Below the pieces are notes generated by a model, which saw nothing but the letters and a program-made list of their open reading frames with translations, made no database searches and was not told the DNA's origin. A stretch of 63,264 nt of DNA, filler included, from Intoshia linei (lineage: Eukaryota > Animalia > Orthonectida): NCBI GenBank assembly GCA_001642005.1. It is 4 parts of 4 records of this genome, joined end to end, with 100 filler letters (N's around TTAATTAATTAA, not from the genome) between each part and the next. Parts side by side here need not be neighbours in the genome. Positions count along the whole stretch, not along the records: positions 1 to 17,553 come from LWCA01000800.1; positions 17,654 to 25,671 come from LWCA01001493.1; positions 25,772 to 45,523 come from LWCA01000716.1; 1 more part is not named here. One strand, given 5' to 3'. The position numbers and the translations under genes were made by a program. Positions 14,301 through 27,229 of this stretch are shown in pieces. The stretch's first letter is position 1; each line of letters begins with the position of its first letter.

Positions 14301-16323
14301 AATACTCGTATAAATAAAAAATATTCTCCCAACGCTTTGGAAGCAAAGTTTAGAAACGAACTGAACCATTTAGAATCTATTGAACAATCTACTAAACATG
14401 TGGATGAAATTGAACGTGTTAATTCTTTACTAAAATCTAAAAATGGAGATTTTCCAGTGGAAAATTTTACAAACATTTTAAATGTAAATATATTACGTTT
14501 TATGTTTTATACATTATTTGGATATTATAAAAATTAAAATACAAAAAATTTACAGCTAAAAAATAATTCCCTTTAATTTTTGAAAACTTTAAAAGATTAT
14601 GTATATTTTTGTTAACAATTTTATTTTCTAAATACCTTTTGTTTACTGCTTTCTAGGGTTCTATGTAATCCACCATGCAGTAATTATATACATTATTTAA
14701 CAATGTGAAGATTAATAAGTTAGTGTAAGTTAATAACTGAATTGCTCAATTTTAAAATACAATTATGTCACTGACTTTAATTTCAACTTGGTTATTGTGT
14801 AATGTTTATACATTTATTTTATAGGAACAACAAATTCAACATGATTTGAGAATGAAAATTTTAGAATCCAATTTGGAAAAGGTTAATAAAAATGTAATTA
14901 ATTTTAATTGTGTACATTCCAGACAATTTGACTACTTTTATTAATTAATTTCAGGGTTTCTCAATCTGAAATTCACGCCCGAAGAAATTTAGAGTCTCCC
15001 ATGGGTTGCTAATCTATGAATGTCTGGCATATACATCATGCATTTGGAAATGTTGGGAAACCCTGATTTAAAAACTTTTGTTTCTACCATGTACACTTTA
15101 TTATTTTTTACAATATTTAGGTAACATGCATTGATGATTTGAAAATAGACGATTCAGATGCAATGGTGTCACCAACACTTGCCAATAGAAGACAAAGTTT
15201 GAATACATCCTTTTCTTCGTTTAATAATAGTATTTCTCGTCAATATCCTTACCAAGAAGATTCAAAATTGAATTTAAATGAGGTTTGTTGTATTAAATTA
15301 AAAAATTGCAATTACAAAAAAAATATCTAGATTCTAGAGCGACATTAATTTGAGCGATGTATTGTTGGAGCGACATAATCATCGATATTACTAATTTACC
15401 ATATTTAATTTTCCACGAAATTTTGTGGGTTTTTTTAAGAAATTTTTTTTCACCCAAAAATTTAAATATTTTGATTATAATATTGGTCCCAAAATTTGGT
15501 AAGTTTTATAAGGAAATGTTTTTTCACCTAATTTTCAAAGATTTTGAAGATTCCTTATAAACGCTACAAAATTTTAGTCACAAAAATTATCTTCAAAATA
15601 TTTAAATTTTTCTTTAAAGAAAACCACAAATACACCAAAATAAAAATATCCTTTTTCTAATATTGTTTTAAAAAAGACGATTTTAACAAATCTTATTAGA
15701 AAAAACCTTAATTTTTTCATAAATGTTTTATATTTCTTGTTTCTTTTGGGGTCAAAAAAATAATTTTGAAATAGGGGTCCGTACACTATTTGAATTGGGA
15801 AACGGGAATGTGTTAGATTCTGTTAGTTATATTTTTTAGTATGTACAAATAATTATTATTAACATTATTCAGAATTTTGACTTTTTTTTATTTTTTGAAA
15901 ATTTTCATAAAAATGAAAATAAAAGTTCATCAAATCTTTTTTTGTGAAACTAAAGATTTTGATTGTTTAGTTAAGAAACCATCATACTACACTTCGATTC
16001 ACTAATTCTTAATTAATGACTAAATCACATTATTTACATTTGTTAGTAAATTTTTTTCTAAATTACCAAATTATTATTTCAAATTGCTCGGAAGGCAGCA
16101 TTTCCCTATCTCTATTAAGTTATATTGTATTTTGGTAATTAAAACTAAGTTGAACCCTACTTTTACCTCTTTAATTGTATATCTGATCAATATTATCAAT
16201 ATTAAACTATTTTAGAAATTTTTTCCTAAAGATACAGGACGAAAATTTTGCTTAAATGCTAGTTTTATTGAAGAAATTCATCCAAATTTAATACTTGAAG
16301 AAATGGCTCATTTAAAACAAGAA
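11349..16323 (+). CDS. CEP350: CEP350-like centrosomal protein, 5' part; multi-exon, truncated by contig end
   Basis: HYDPNKIRDYIKRQKVERR resembles the CEP350 HYDxxxVRxYIxRQxxER motif. KYSPNALEAKFRNELNHLESIEQSTKHVDEIERV (~14320-14420) resembles FSPxxLxxxMxAELxxLxxIEESxRQLSDVERV. Further small GT-AG exons lie at ~13514, 14825, 15121 and 16216. Confidence 0.7.
12985..13410. repeat. Family D element fragment with ~65-70-bp internal tandem units
   Basis: Repeated CCCAATTTTTAAAGATTTTGAAGA..AAAATTTTGTAGG..TTTTAAGGAA; right end similar to 24740-24830. Confidence 0.65.
14952..15065. mobile_element. Miniature hAT-type MITE (114 bp)
   Basis: TIRs CAGGGTTTCTCAA / TTGGGAAACCCTG. Confidence 0.6.
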
Positions 16324-17182
16324 GTAATATTATAAAAACTTATAATTTTTTACAAATTTTGAATTATACTAATTGTTATATTTTCGATTATAATCGATTC
16401 TCAATTTAGAAATGGTATAATATAATAATATAATATAAATACAGTAAATAATAATATGTGTATAAATATAATATACCGTAGAAGCCATTTATAGTTATTG
16501 CATTGGGACAGATCAGTTTTGATCACAATAAGCTGCGGATCATTATAGTTTTTGAAATTGAGATAGTCAATAAAATTTATAGTTACGAAAGATCCTTATT
16601 TATAAATATATAAAATAAAAGTTGCTAAAAATGTTTGTCACTGATTATTGGGATAACTGAGTCGCATAAATTTAAAATTAATAAAATGACACCTTCACGA
16701 TCAGAACTCTAAATTAATCTTTTTTCTATAAATCGACTGATAAAATTTTAAGAAAAAACAGATCTATAACAATTTTAAAATCATGAGCCTATTCATCGAT
16801 TTTAACCTCAAAAACCTACAACTTCACAGTCTAAATTACAGATTATTTTTTTTAAAACTAATAGTAATAATAATATTATTAAAACTAGTAATAATCCATG
16901 TAGTAATTATAATTATTATAGTATTTATATTGTATTCATTAAATTTAATTTAGAATGTACCTCATAAAAAGTTAATGAAGAGAGGTTTTTATTTCTATTT
17001 AACTATTTAAGTTAGGGGTCGTCAAAATTTTCCATATGGATCCATGGAATAATAAAAATAGTGGGTGATCCATGTAAAATTTTAAAATTTTGAAATTATT
17101 GAGGCATAATTATTAATGTTAATAATGGACCGTCAAATTTTGTTATTTTTTGAAATGTAATACATTAACATGTTAATGTATA

Positions 17183-17553
17183 CAGTGCGCGACATAAGTC
17201 TTAGGCACCTTGATAATTTCAATTAAAATTAATTAAATATCTATAAAATCGAAAAAGGTAATGAATTACTAATGATCTATAAATTAAAAATAACGATTTG
17301 TTTAGTAAATGACGTCAATAAGTGACAAAAAAGATATAATGCCGTGTCTTAATGCAAGGAAGAAAAAAGTCAGGGTTTTATAAGTAAAACCTTTAGTATT
17401 TCTCGATATGCGTTTCAAAATTTATTAAAAAATACAAAAATGGTTTATGTATGGCTTACTTACCAAAATCAGATGGAAAACGCATGCTGACACCCAGAGA
17501 AGAGACTATTATAATAAGGGAATCAAAGAAAAACCCTTGATTGACAGTATTAA
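17183..17553 (+). mobile_element. Tc1-like transposon left end with decayed transposase N-terminus, truncated at spacer
   Basis: TA|CAGTGCGCGACATAAGT terminus; SKTFSISRYAFQNLLK../LPKSDGKRMLTPREETIIIRESKKNP*LT resembles the Tc1 HTH and GRPR-linker region. Confidence 0.7.
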
Positions 17554-17653
17554 NNNNNNNNNNNNNNNNNNNNNNNNNNNNNNNNNNNNNNNNNNNNTTA
17601 ATTAATTAANNNNNNNNNNNNNNNNNNNNNNNNNNNNNNNNNNNNNNNNNNNN
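17554..17653. other. Artificial contig spacer
   Basis: 44 N + TTAATTAATTAA (stops in all six frames) + 44 N = 100 nt. Confidence 0.97.
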
Positions 17654-18326
17654 ATTGATTTGAATTGATTTGACGTCTTCACGGTCAAAAAACTACTTTT
17701 ATAATCAAAATATGTCTGAGATGCGAATACAGAATTAGATACCAAATTGATATTTTACTAACAACTACTTACTAATTCAGTACAAGTACCTACTTATTTA
17801 GCTATTATTCTTAAGAAATTTTCTATTTACTATATACTTCTTTTTTTGAAAATTATTTTATTAAAATAAAAATATCAATTAAGTAATTGTCCTAAAATTT
17901 AAAAAAATAAATATTAATCTGATGAATTTTATTCCAATTGATATAAAAAAATTTAAAATCTAACCTAAATCATTCCTCGTCAAATTATCTTTAATTAATG
18001 AATTCAAAATTAAATTTGATTATCAAGTCATTTTTGACCGAATCGGTATACATGTGTGGTTAAACATTTATATCTAGAATCTACACCAGGGATTATCAAC
18101 CTCGGCAATATCGATATTTTCTTTATAGCCTCTTTATTATCATTTGTATATCATTTATACAACAATTGGTTAATACAATTTAGTTTCTAAAAATTTAAAT
18201 AATAATATGGTTCATCAATAAAAAAAAATTTAAATTGCCGAATCGTGAAAATTGTAGGTTGAGAAAGCCTGGCGTATATTTTACATTTGATAGTATAAGA
18301 AAATATGTGTAAATAAAAATTTTTAG

Positions 18327-21300
18327 ACGATTGGTTTATGATAATAATGCGAAAGGATGTATTGAAAATATTTTCTGTGCCGAATATCAACAAAATGTAT
18401 CAAATTTCACTAAACCAACTAATTGGAAACGGGTAAATTTTCCAGAAATAAAGATAAAATTTAATAGATATAATAACTTGTTTTCTATTGGAATAAATGG
18501 AAACATTCTATTACAAATTAACCCATCCGAATTGAAATTGATTACAGTATTTGCTGAAAACCAGTAATTTTAATAGACTAGTGTTTATCAACCGGTAGCA
18601 TCAGTAAATTTTATATGTGCTTAGGGAAAAATTAAAACCATTTATATACCATTTCACGGCAAGTCAGTTAAATCAGATTTTTTTATACTGAAACATTTTT
18701 TTTTCTTAAATGTGCAGCTTTTCCTTGCAAAATTTTATACTATAGTAAACATTTTCAGTAAGCTTCCAGAATATATAAAATTTGTACTATTTTGTTATTT
18801 TATGCTGCACCAAGGTTGAGAAACACATCTACATGTACATTATGTGTATTATTGACGAATTAAGATGATATATGATAATTTAGAAAAAATGTTTTAAAAT
18901 GTGGAGGTAAAATATTTGCTAAATTGGAATCACCTCAAGTGGCTGTTTGTAAATCTGGATTTTTTTCGTCCTTGTTTAATGATTCTGGATCTAACAAAGT
19001 CGACGAAGACGTATTGTGTATGTTTGTATTTTATTTATACCTAGCATGATTATTATGTACTTCATACAAACAGCAACTATATATAGCTCTGCTAAGAGTG
19101 AACTTTTTTAATTCTACCAAAAAAATAAAATCAATATTAAAATTTTACTTAAAAATACAATATTCACTATTATCAATCTTTCAAACGAGTAGTTCCTAAA
19201 CTTGTTTCACCATGAACCCTTCATTTCATATTACATTTTAATTTAAAGTGAATTAAAATTATATTATGACTTAATTTTATATTGTTAACATTTGTGTAAA
19301 GAATTTTAAAAACAATTTTGTGATGTTATTTTTTTAATTTATTAGAGAGAATAAATGTATAATCTTAAAAATAAAGTAAAAATAGTACAATCCTAAAAAT
19401 TATCATAAATAGCGTAAATTGCAGAAAAAATAAAATTTGTAAAGATCTGTAGTATTTTCTATTATTACAATGTGATGGAATATATTCAGTAACTGGGTTT
19501 TGATTGTTAAAATGTTTTTTTTAGGTTGTCATTTATCCTAATGCCTATGAATCTAAATACTATTTTAGAATTTATGTTTTATAATTTTTTTTTAAATTAA
19601 GACTTTTGTCACTTTTAAAGCAAAGCATAATTTGTGGTTTTGACTACAAAGGTGTACAATGTTAATGATTTTAAAACGCGTCCCAGAATTTATTTTTTTT
19701 TTAATATTTGGGCTGATTTTATTTTTAAAAAAAAAGCGCATTGTGTTTTTCAATTTGAAGGATTTAATTTCAGAAAATTAAACAAAGATAAAAACATCAT
19801 CCGCTAAAAACCATTAGAATTTGGGGTTTTTTAAATTTTAGGGCTTAATTTTTAAAAAACATACACAATATAAAGGTAACACACAGGACTGTGTGTAACT
19901 TCAATTTTATCATTTTATGTAAGTAAAGAATTTCTTCGTGTCCGTTCAAATGATCGTAAAATGACATGATCGTAGTTTTTTGATCGTAAATCAAAAGATC
20001 ATATTTTATAATCGTAGTTAATATTAATGTTAATATATGATAATATTTGATCGTAGAAATACAGACCCAAGTTAAAACTGAAATATTAAGATACCATATT
20101 ATACCTAAATCATATTATAAAAAAATTAGAAATATTATATGGTATTCACACCAGAGAATATTTTTTATCCAATTCAATTATAAATTCTAATATTAGTATA
20201 TTTTTATGATCTTATGATAGTGCGCCGAATTCCTTCACCATTTATTTTTGTCAATAAACGCCAAAGTATACTAAAATTTAATCTATATATTTAGTTTAAA
20301 TAGACTGTTTGTTTTCTTGTTGTTTATTTGTCTATCTATCTAAAGCAGTGGTTCCCGATTGGGGGTCCAAAACTATATTTCTGGGGTTCGTGAGATTTAA
20401 ATAAAAATATAAAAAAAATTTTATTAACCTTTGTTTATTTTTATAAGAGAATTTTTAATATTTATTACAGATTTACCAGATTTTGGGAATTTATCCCAAA
20501 GCCTAGTCGACCGGACATTATTATTTCAAAAATTCCACTTTTATCCCATCATTAATAAAATTTAATAAAAAATACCATTTTAAACCCTCAGGGAAAATCA
20601 TATTTTACAGATATTTTTTTGAAAAGTCCCCTTTTTTCAATATTTTTTTTGAAAAGCACGAGTTTATTAAATCTTATCAGAAAAACCTCTTATTTCAACC
20701 TCAAAATCCAATTTTAGCTAAGCGTAAGAGAAATATTCTCTTTTTCCAATGTTTTTTTAAAAAACACGAGATTATGAAATCTTATCGGAAAAACATCTTA
20801 TTCCAACCTTAAAATAAAAATCCAATTTTAGCAAAGCTTAAAGGAAATATCCTGTTTTTTCAATATTTTTTTGAAAAATACGAAACTACCAAATCTTATG
20901 AGAAAAAGTCTTCAATTTTTTCATAAATGTTTTATATTTCATGTTTCCTTTGGTATCCAAAAAAATAAATATTTTGAAATGGGAATCCGTACACTATTTG
21001 AATCGAGAACCACTGATCTAAAGACATTATAAATGTGTTTTTTTGATTATTAATTTGCTTAGTTGGTTCACAAAAGGATTCCGATAAAAGAGAAAAAGTT
21101 TTATCTAAATTTGATAAGTCTGTTTCGCCGCATTCAGATTTACAGTGTGGTGGTACTTCCAGTTCAAACGAATTTACTAAATTGAAAATTGTAATTTTTT
21201 AATACAGTCTAAGTCCTTATTTATTGGAATTTTACCCATGGTAACATGGTAACGGAATTTAATTTTTTCAAATTTTTGGTTTTTGGGGGTTCATGAAAAA

Positions 21301-21784
21301 TTTTATAAATTTTAAAATATGTACAGAAATAAAATTAAATTAAAAATGATATTTTCTAATTAACGCCATGTAATTTAATATCTATTAAAAATTTGTTAAA
21401 AAATGTAATAAATTGACTGTTAATTATTAAAAAATTTATTTTATGTTGATGATAGTCATTAAAAATAGATTCTAGAGATTTAGAGATAAAATTTTATTAA
21501 CGAAATTTTTGGTTCATTTAATTTGTTAAGAAAAAATAAAAATAATTCAAAATTCCGTTAATAAGGACTTAGACTGTCATTGTGAATACATTATACAAAT
21601 GTACTCGGCTAGAAAAACTAGTTTAAAATTAAAAAAATTTTTTTAGAGTTTGATTGAACGTACCAAACAATTAGAATCTACTGAAAATGTTGCAAGTGAA
21701 ATGACTTCTGCTGCACAAGACTATAGTAAACTCACCAAAAAGTTACTAGCTAAATCAAAGAATAAAAAATGGTACAATTTATAA
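18327..21784 (+). CDS. STXBP5: Tomosyn / syntaxin-binding protein 5, 3' exons (~18327-18563, 18883-19017, 21063-21190, 21647-21784)
   Basis: FSIGINGNILLQINPSELKLIT; KIFAKLESPQ..KSGFFSSLF..KVDEDVLFG (cf. ETPEAPNRGFFKGLF..LDREELFG); C-terminal R-SNARE-like LIERTKQLESTENVASEMTSAAQDYSKLTKKLLAKSKNKKWYNL* (cf. the tomosyn KKWYQF end). Confidence 0.85.
20346..21015 (+). mobile_element. hAT-type MITE (family A), intact
   Basis: TIRs CAGTGGTTCCCGATT / AATCGAGAACCACTG; perfect TSD ATCTAAAG; internal tandem units. Confidence 0.9.
21205..21576. mobile_element. Tc1/mariner (Tigger-like) MITE
   Basis: TA|CAGTCTAAGTCCTTATT ... AATAAGGACTTAGACTG, a perfect 17-bp TIR. Confidence 0.8.
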
Positions 21785-21968
21785 AACAATGATGAATTTT
21801 TATCTACCAAACATGTGATTTTATTGTTATTGTTATCTATTTGGTATTTTATACATTTGTATTGTTAATTATTAAACTTGTACCAAAGTGGGTAAATATT
21901 TTAATTTTAACTTGTATTTATGGATGTGTAAATAAAAATTATAGAAATTTAAAATTAATTGAAAGATA

Positions 21969-24182
21969 ATGAAATCGTACAGGAAAAGTGGAGATGATAA
22001 AACTGAAACTTCAGGTGAATCTAAAAAAATTAAGAATATAGTAATTAATCAGACCATCAAACTACGTGACAATTCAAATAGAAACAAATGTTTAGAAACG
22101 TTTACATTCACTCGACTTCGTAACAGTTTGGACGATTCAAAAAAAAATGAAAATAATACATATCTAGACAGTGTCAACGAGTCTACCAATTCGACAATAT
22201 CGACATATCAAAATTATCACGACAGAGGAAAAGTTTCAAATGTAATTTGGAGTAGTTGTTGCGAAAATATCGAAGCGCATAGGCGTATAAGCAACGTTTC
22301 TTCCGGTAACAGCTTCGATTCCGTATACTTTAATCAAACCAACGAAATTAACCAACAGTCACTCTCAAAAACGTACAATATCAACATGTCAAAAGAAAAT
22401 AAATCTTCTCTAGGCAACAGCACAATTACTGCCCCAAAATATTTCAACAAAAATAATTACACGGGAATTTATCGATTTGAACCATTTAGTACCGTTTCAA
22501 ACGCGTCTACGTATACAATAAAATCTAAATACGACAACAGCATTCAAAGCTCAAGTAAAGACATGACATATGTCATATCCGGTTCAAATGTGACACTCAA
22601 ACACAACAACTTTAAAAAATTTCCAAAAAATATCCACAAAAGAAGAAATAATTCTTGTATAAGTAGACCAGGTAAATTATTGTGTGAAATGAGTTGTCAA
22701 AGATTTCACACAATCTCAATTTGTGTAAATATCTCCAAAAGTGTTACAAATAACAATTTGCAAAAACTGTCGCTCCAGTTTCATCAAACACCAAGGTTAT
22801 CTAATAGGAAAACGTTTCAAAAAGCTTCCAAAATATTTGAAATAAATAAAAAGATTCAAAAATCATTAAATAAAAACGGAAAAAAGAAATTTAATAATTT
22901 TGAATATAATGTAAATTATGGAAACAATATTCCATTAAATATTACAATGGACCATATTAAAAAATCCAACTCTGCCATGTACACATTTACGTGCTTAGAA
23001 GATTTAGTCCCCGAAAACACGGAATGCAAAAAAGGCGACGATGCTGACGATATAAAATGTCATAGTGAGTCAAATTTTCAAAAATTGGAACTATCGAGCC
23101 ATTTCCCACGGTACAGTTTTGAAAAAGCCACATATACTTCTAAGGACGAATCAAAAAATTTCATTGTCGCTTCTCAACGATATGTCGTCGTAATGGTGGG
23201 TTTACCTGCACGAGGAAAATCATACATTTCTTATAGACTAGCGCGGCACATGAACTGGATTGGTATCAATACACGAGTGTTTAATGTTGGAAAATATCGC
23301 CGTGCTTACGTCGTTTTCAATGATCATAATTTTTTTGATCCGTACAACATTTCTACCATGACACTACGACACGAAATGGCGGAAAAGGCATTACACGATG
23401 TGTGTAAGTGGTTTGAAAATGAAAAGGGGGATATTGCCATATTTGACGCTACAAACACAACTAGGAAACGAAGAAAATTTATCATTAATTATTTGGAAAA
23501 TTTTGATAAAAGCCTCAACATTATATTTATTGAAAGCATATGCAAAAACGAAACTATAATTAACGAAAATATTCTCGCTGTTAAACTAAATTCTGCAGAT
23601 TATGCTCAAAATATAAAAATACCTCCGGATAAGATTGTTTCAGATTTTAAACATAGAATTGAGCATTATAAGGATGTATATGAACCACTCGATCCTATTT
23701 ATGATAAAGATTTATCTTATATTTGCATTTATGAACAAGGCAAGCAATTTTTTATAAATAACATTGAACACATAATACCCAGTAGAATTTGTTATTTCAT
23801 CATGAATATTCGCGTTATTCCCAACAAAGTCATTTATTTAACGAGACATGGTGAATCCATGATGAATAGAGAAAATAGATTAGGAGGTGACTCTGCTTTA
23901 TCACCTAATGGCCAAAAATATTCATTAGAATTAGCAAAGTATTTTAACAATGCACAATTTCAACCACTTCAAATTTGGTCTAGTACTTTACGTCGGGCTA
24001 TCGAAACTGTTCAACCTATTGCAGGATTTTCTAAGAAATATTTTAGATCTCTTAATGAACTCAATATGGGGGTTTGTGAAAATATGACTTATAAAGAAAT
24101 TGAAGAAAAATATCCTCATGTCGCTACAAATAGAAAAATTAACAAATTTGTTTACAGATATCCTAATGGAGAATCATATAAG
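21969..24182 (+). CDS. PFKFB: 6-phosphofructo-2-kinase/fructose-2,6-bisphosphatase, first exon; remaining exons absent from the contig
   Basis: VVMVGLPARGKSYIS P-loop, VFNVGKYRR, AIFDATNTTRKRR, IFIESIC, YLTRHGES phosphatase motif, YRYPNGESYK followed by a GT donor. Confidence 0.96.
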
Positions 24183-24257
24183 GTAAAATGTCATTTTTGT
24201 AGTTTGTATCAGTGACAGCTATACTTTTTGATTGTAAAATCGTGGCGAACATTCAGT

Positions 24258-24838
24258 TAGCGACATTTATTTGAGCGATACATCTTAGACCGCTATAATC
24301 ATAGATTTTGCTAATTAATCGTATTATTGATTTTTATACCAAAATATTTGTGGTTCCTAACATTGACAATTTTACCATCCAGATTTTTAAAGATTTTTAA
24401 GATAATTTTGGGATCAAAATTTGGTAGGGTTTATTTTTAACATTTTAAAAGATCTTTAAAAATTGGAAGAAAAAATATTACCTTAAAAACCCTACAAAAT
24501 CTTTGGAACCAAAATTATCTTTAAAATATTTAAAAATTGAGTGAAAAAAAACTTCTCTTAAAAATCCTACCAAATTTTGACTTTTAAAATTATATTCAAA
24601 TTATTTAAAATTTTGGTTGAAAAAATTATCATCAATATCTTTAAAAATTGGGTGAAAAAAATTCCTTTAAAACGAAATGTTGGACCCATTATTATCTTTA
24701 AAATCTAAAATTTTCCCTAAAGAAACTCACAAAAATTTCATCAAAAAATCAATAATATGATAAATTAGTAAAATCGATGATTATGTCGCTCTAAGATGTA
24801 TCGCTCCAACAATACGTCGCTGCAATTAATGTTGCTCT
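24258..24838. mobile_element. Family D long-TIR (foldback/MITE-like) element
   Basis: Imperfect inverted ends of about 80 bp (GCGACATTTATTTGAGCGATACATCTTAGA..ATAATCAT / ATGATTATGTCGCTCTAAGATGTATCGCTC..AATGTTGCTC). Internal ~65-bp units switch orientation. Other pieces at ~3220, 12985 and 15337. Confidence 0.7.
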
Positions 24839-24842
24839 AAAT

Positions 24843-25112
24843 CAGAAGTACACAACCTGCGGCCGTGGGTAATCCATGTGATAATAATGCAATATATCAT
24901 TTTACTTCTAATTGAAAATTTTAAATCACATTTTATTCAAGGACTATTTTATTTTATTCAATATTTGTATCAAAAAGTTACATTTTTGACTTTGGCAACT
25001 TTCTCAAAATGGATTTAAACTTTTTCAGTGTCAAAGTAAATTTTGTGCGGCCGTAGTATCAATAAGTAAAGTAGCTTTGCAGCTGACTTGGTAGAAAGGT
25101 TGTGCACTCTGG
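24843..25112. mobile_element. hAT-type MITE
   Basis: TIRs CAGAAGTACACAACC / GGTTGTGCACTCTGG; TSD CTCTAAAT / CTCTAGAT. Confidence 0.7.
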
Positions 25113-25671
25113 CTCTAGATCCTAGAGCAGTGGTTTTCGAACTATTTTCGCCGCGCCCATTTTAACAATCTAATTTTTAAGGCGACCCAAAATATTTTTG
25201 TTTAATGTGATATATGCAACTGTGTACTGTTTAATAATTTTGTCCAGTTTGGTTTGCAGGAAGATAGAGCCATGCGCATATCTGGTAAGAATATTTCCTA
25301 GTGATAGCCACCTAATTTAAGTGTGAAATAAAAGATGACTATGATCATCTCAAACTTCTGAGCATAATAGTTTAACTAATCTACTATTTAACGAACTGCC
25401 TTTGATCTAATTTACAATCATTATTGCATTTTTTAAAATATCCTTAACATCATCAGAAATAATTTTCGATACTTTTCGATTATTTTTTTTCAATTATTAT
25501 TATTCATTTTTTTCAAATTCTCGAAAATTATTATTTTGGGTTTGCCATTTATGATACTATTTATGATTTTAAAAACTATCCCTCTATTTATGTTGTATAA
25601 AATTCTAGGTCTTTTTTCATTTATAAAAAAAGCGCAATTAGAGCTTTTGGCCGTGATAAGATTTTGAAATT

Positions 25672-25771
25672 NNNNNNNNNNNNNNNNNNNNNNNNNNNNN
25701 NNNNNNNNNNNNNNNTTAATTAATTAANNNNNNNNNNNNNNNNNNNNNNNNNNNNNNNNNNNNNNNNNNNN
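25672..25771. other. Artificial contig spacer
   Basis: 44N-TTAATTAATTAA-44N. Confidence 0.97.
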
Positions 25772-25999
25772 TATTATATTTAATTTTTATTAAAGAATAT
25801 ATTTATGTAAAATTAAAATTAAAAAAAACAGTAACTTAGAAAAACATTAAATTGAAAAATATCGTATTTACATTTCACGGAACCCCTGGGTTCAGCGAAA
25901 CACGGGTTGAGAACCACTGCTATAATAAAAGAGATCAGAAATTGACGTAATAAAACGAAATAGACTTACAAAATCATTTTAAGATATTACCTACTTTGA

Positions 26000-26255
26000 C
26001 CAATCAAATATGTTATTAGAAGTTTGGAATTCTATGCTTGAAACAATAGTCTGAAATGTCTAGCTAAAGCTATATAAACTATATTTTCATCTACATATTC
26101 TTGTGAATCGTTATTTTCCGCATTGAATAATGTCAAAAATCATAAAAGGAATAGACTTCACGATGAAACTAGTTTGGCTTGTGTAGCGTTAAAATCAACA
26201 AGTTATGAACCTCCCATTGAAAAACTTGCAGATCAATTTTTTAAATCTAAATAAA
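26000..26255 (+). mobile_element. hAT transposase C-terminal remnant (GTF2IRD2/SPIN-like)
   Basis: KCLAKAI*TIFSSTYSCESLFSALNNVKNHKRNRLHDETSLACVALKSTSYEPPIEKLA, with stops. Confidence 0.75.
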
Positions 26256-26529
26256 TGTAATAATTATTTTTTTAACTCATTTTCCATTATTAAGTTGTTC
26301 GACTTAATTGACGGTTTTGATTGACCTAATATGTTTTTACATGTTAATAAAAACACACTAGAAAAACATTTCTGATAATAATATTAAATTTAACACACCT
26401 GGTTTTAGTTGGCTGCCATCACTGGTATAGCACATGCCTATCAAAACCCCACATTACCATTTTCCTTAAATGAAATCATGCCTAGATTTTAAAAAAAAAT
26501 ACAAATGGTACAGTTGTATCTTGTTAACA

Positions 26530-26910
26530 CAGACATAAATTTCAATCTGAATAAGTAACGCCTTCACGATCAAAAAAGTACTTGACATTTATTTTTTCAT
26601 TTTGAAACTATTCTATTAAAACATAAAATGTGAAATAATTAATGGTCTGAAAATTAAAAAAAAAAAATTATTCTGATAGAGCTTATTCCTTTTAACATAA
26701 ATACAAAATTTCAACCCCAGAAGTCAATGCATTCCCGGTGAAAAATAATTTTTAATATATTATCAACCAATATTTTCAAATATTTTGATTAACATGTAAA
26801 ATAAAAATTTAAGATGTAAATATTGATCCTACAATTTCAAAAAAAAATGTGCATTGAATGTCTACACATTTCCAAAAAATAAATATGGGTGGAAATCTAT
26901 ATAATCTATA
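26530..26910 (+). repeat. Dispersed repeat family C copy
   Basis: Colinear with 37720-38100. Confidence 0.8.
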
Positions 26911-27229
26911 TAATGGATTCCTGCAGGGTTTTTTCAATACAACATATAAGTTAACAGTTTTTTTTATAATAAACAATAAAGTTGAAATTTGAAAGTTTAT
27001 TCTAATGGGCTGATTCTCCATAAGGCCCAATAATTAAGTCAATTCATAAGTTATTCAGAAACTAAATGTTGTACACTAAATTACAAAGTAAATTTACATT
27101 GCTAAAAAAATGAATAAGAATAAATAAAATAAAAAATTGTAACTGCGTAATTAAATGGTTGTAAATAAAATAATCTCTTTGGATATAATATTGGTTGAAA
27201 TATTTATTATTGATATTTTTGTCTACTAA

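Noticed and set aside
17598-17609. Palindromic TTAATTAATTAA repeated three times
   Set aside because: Always centred in 44+44 Ns; an artificial linker.
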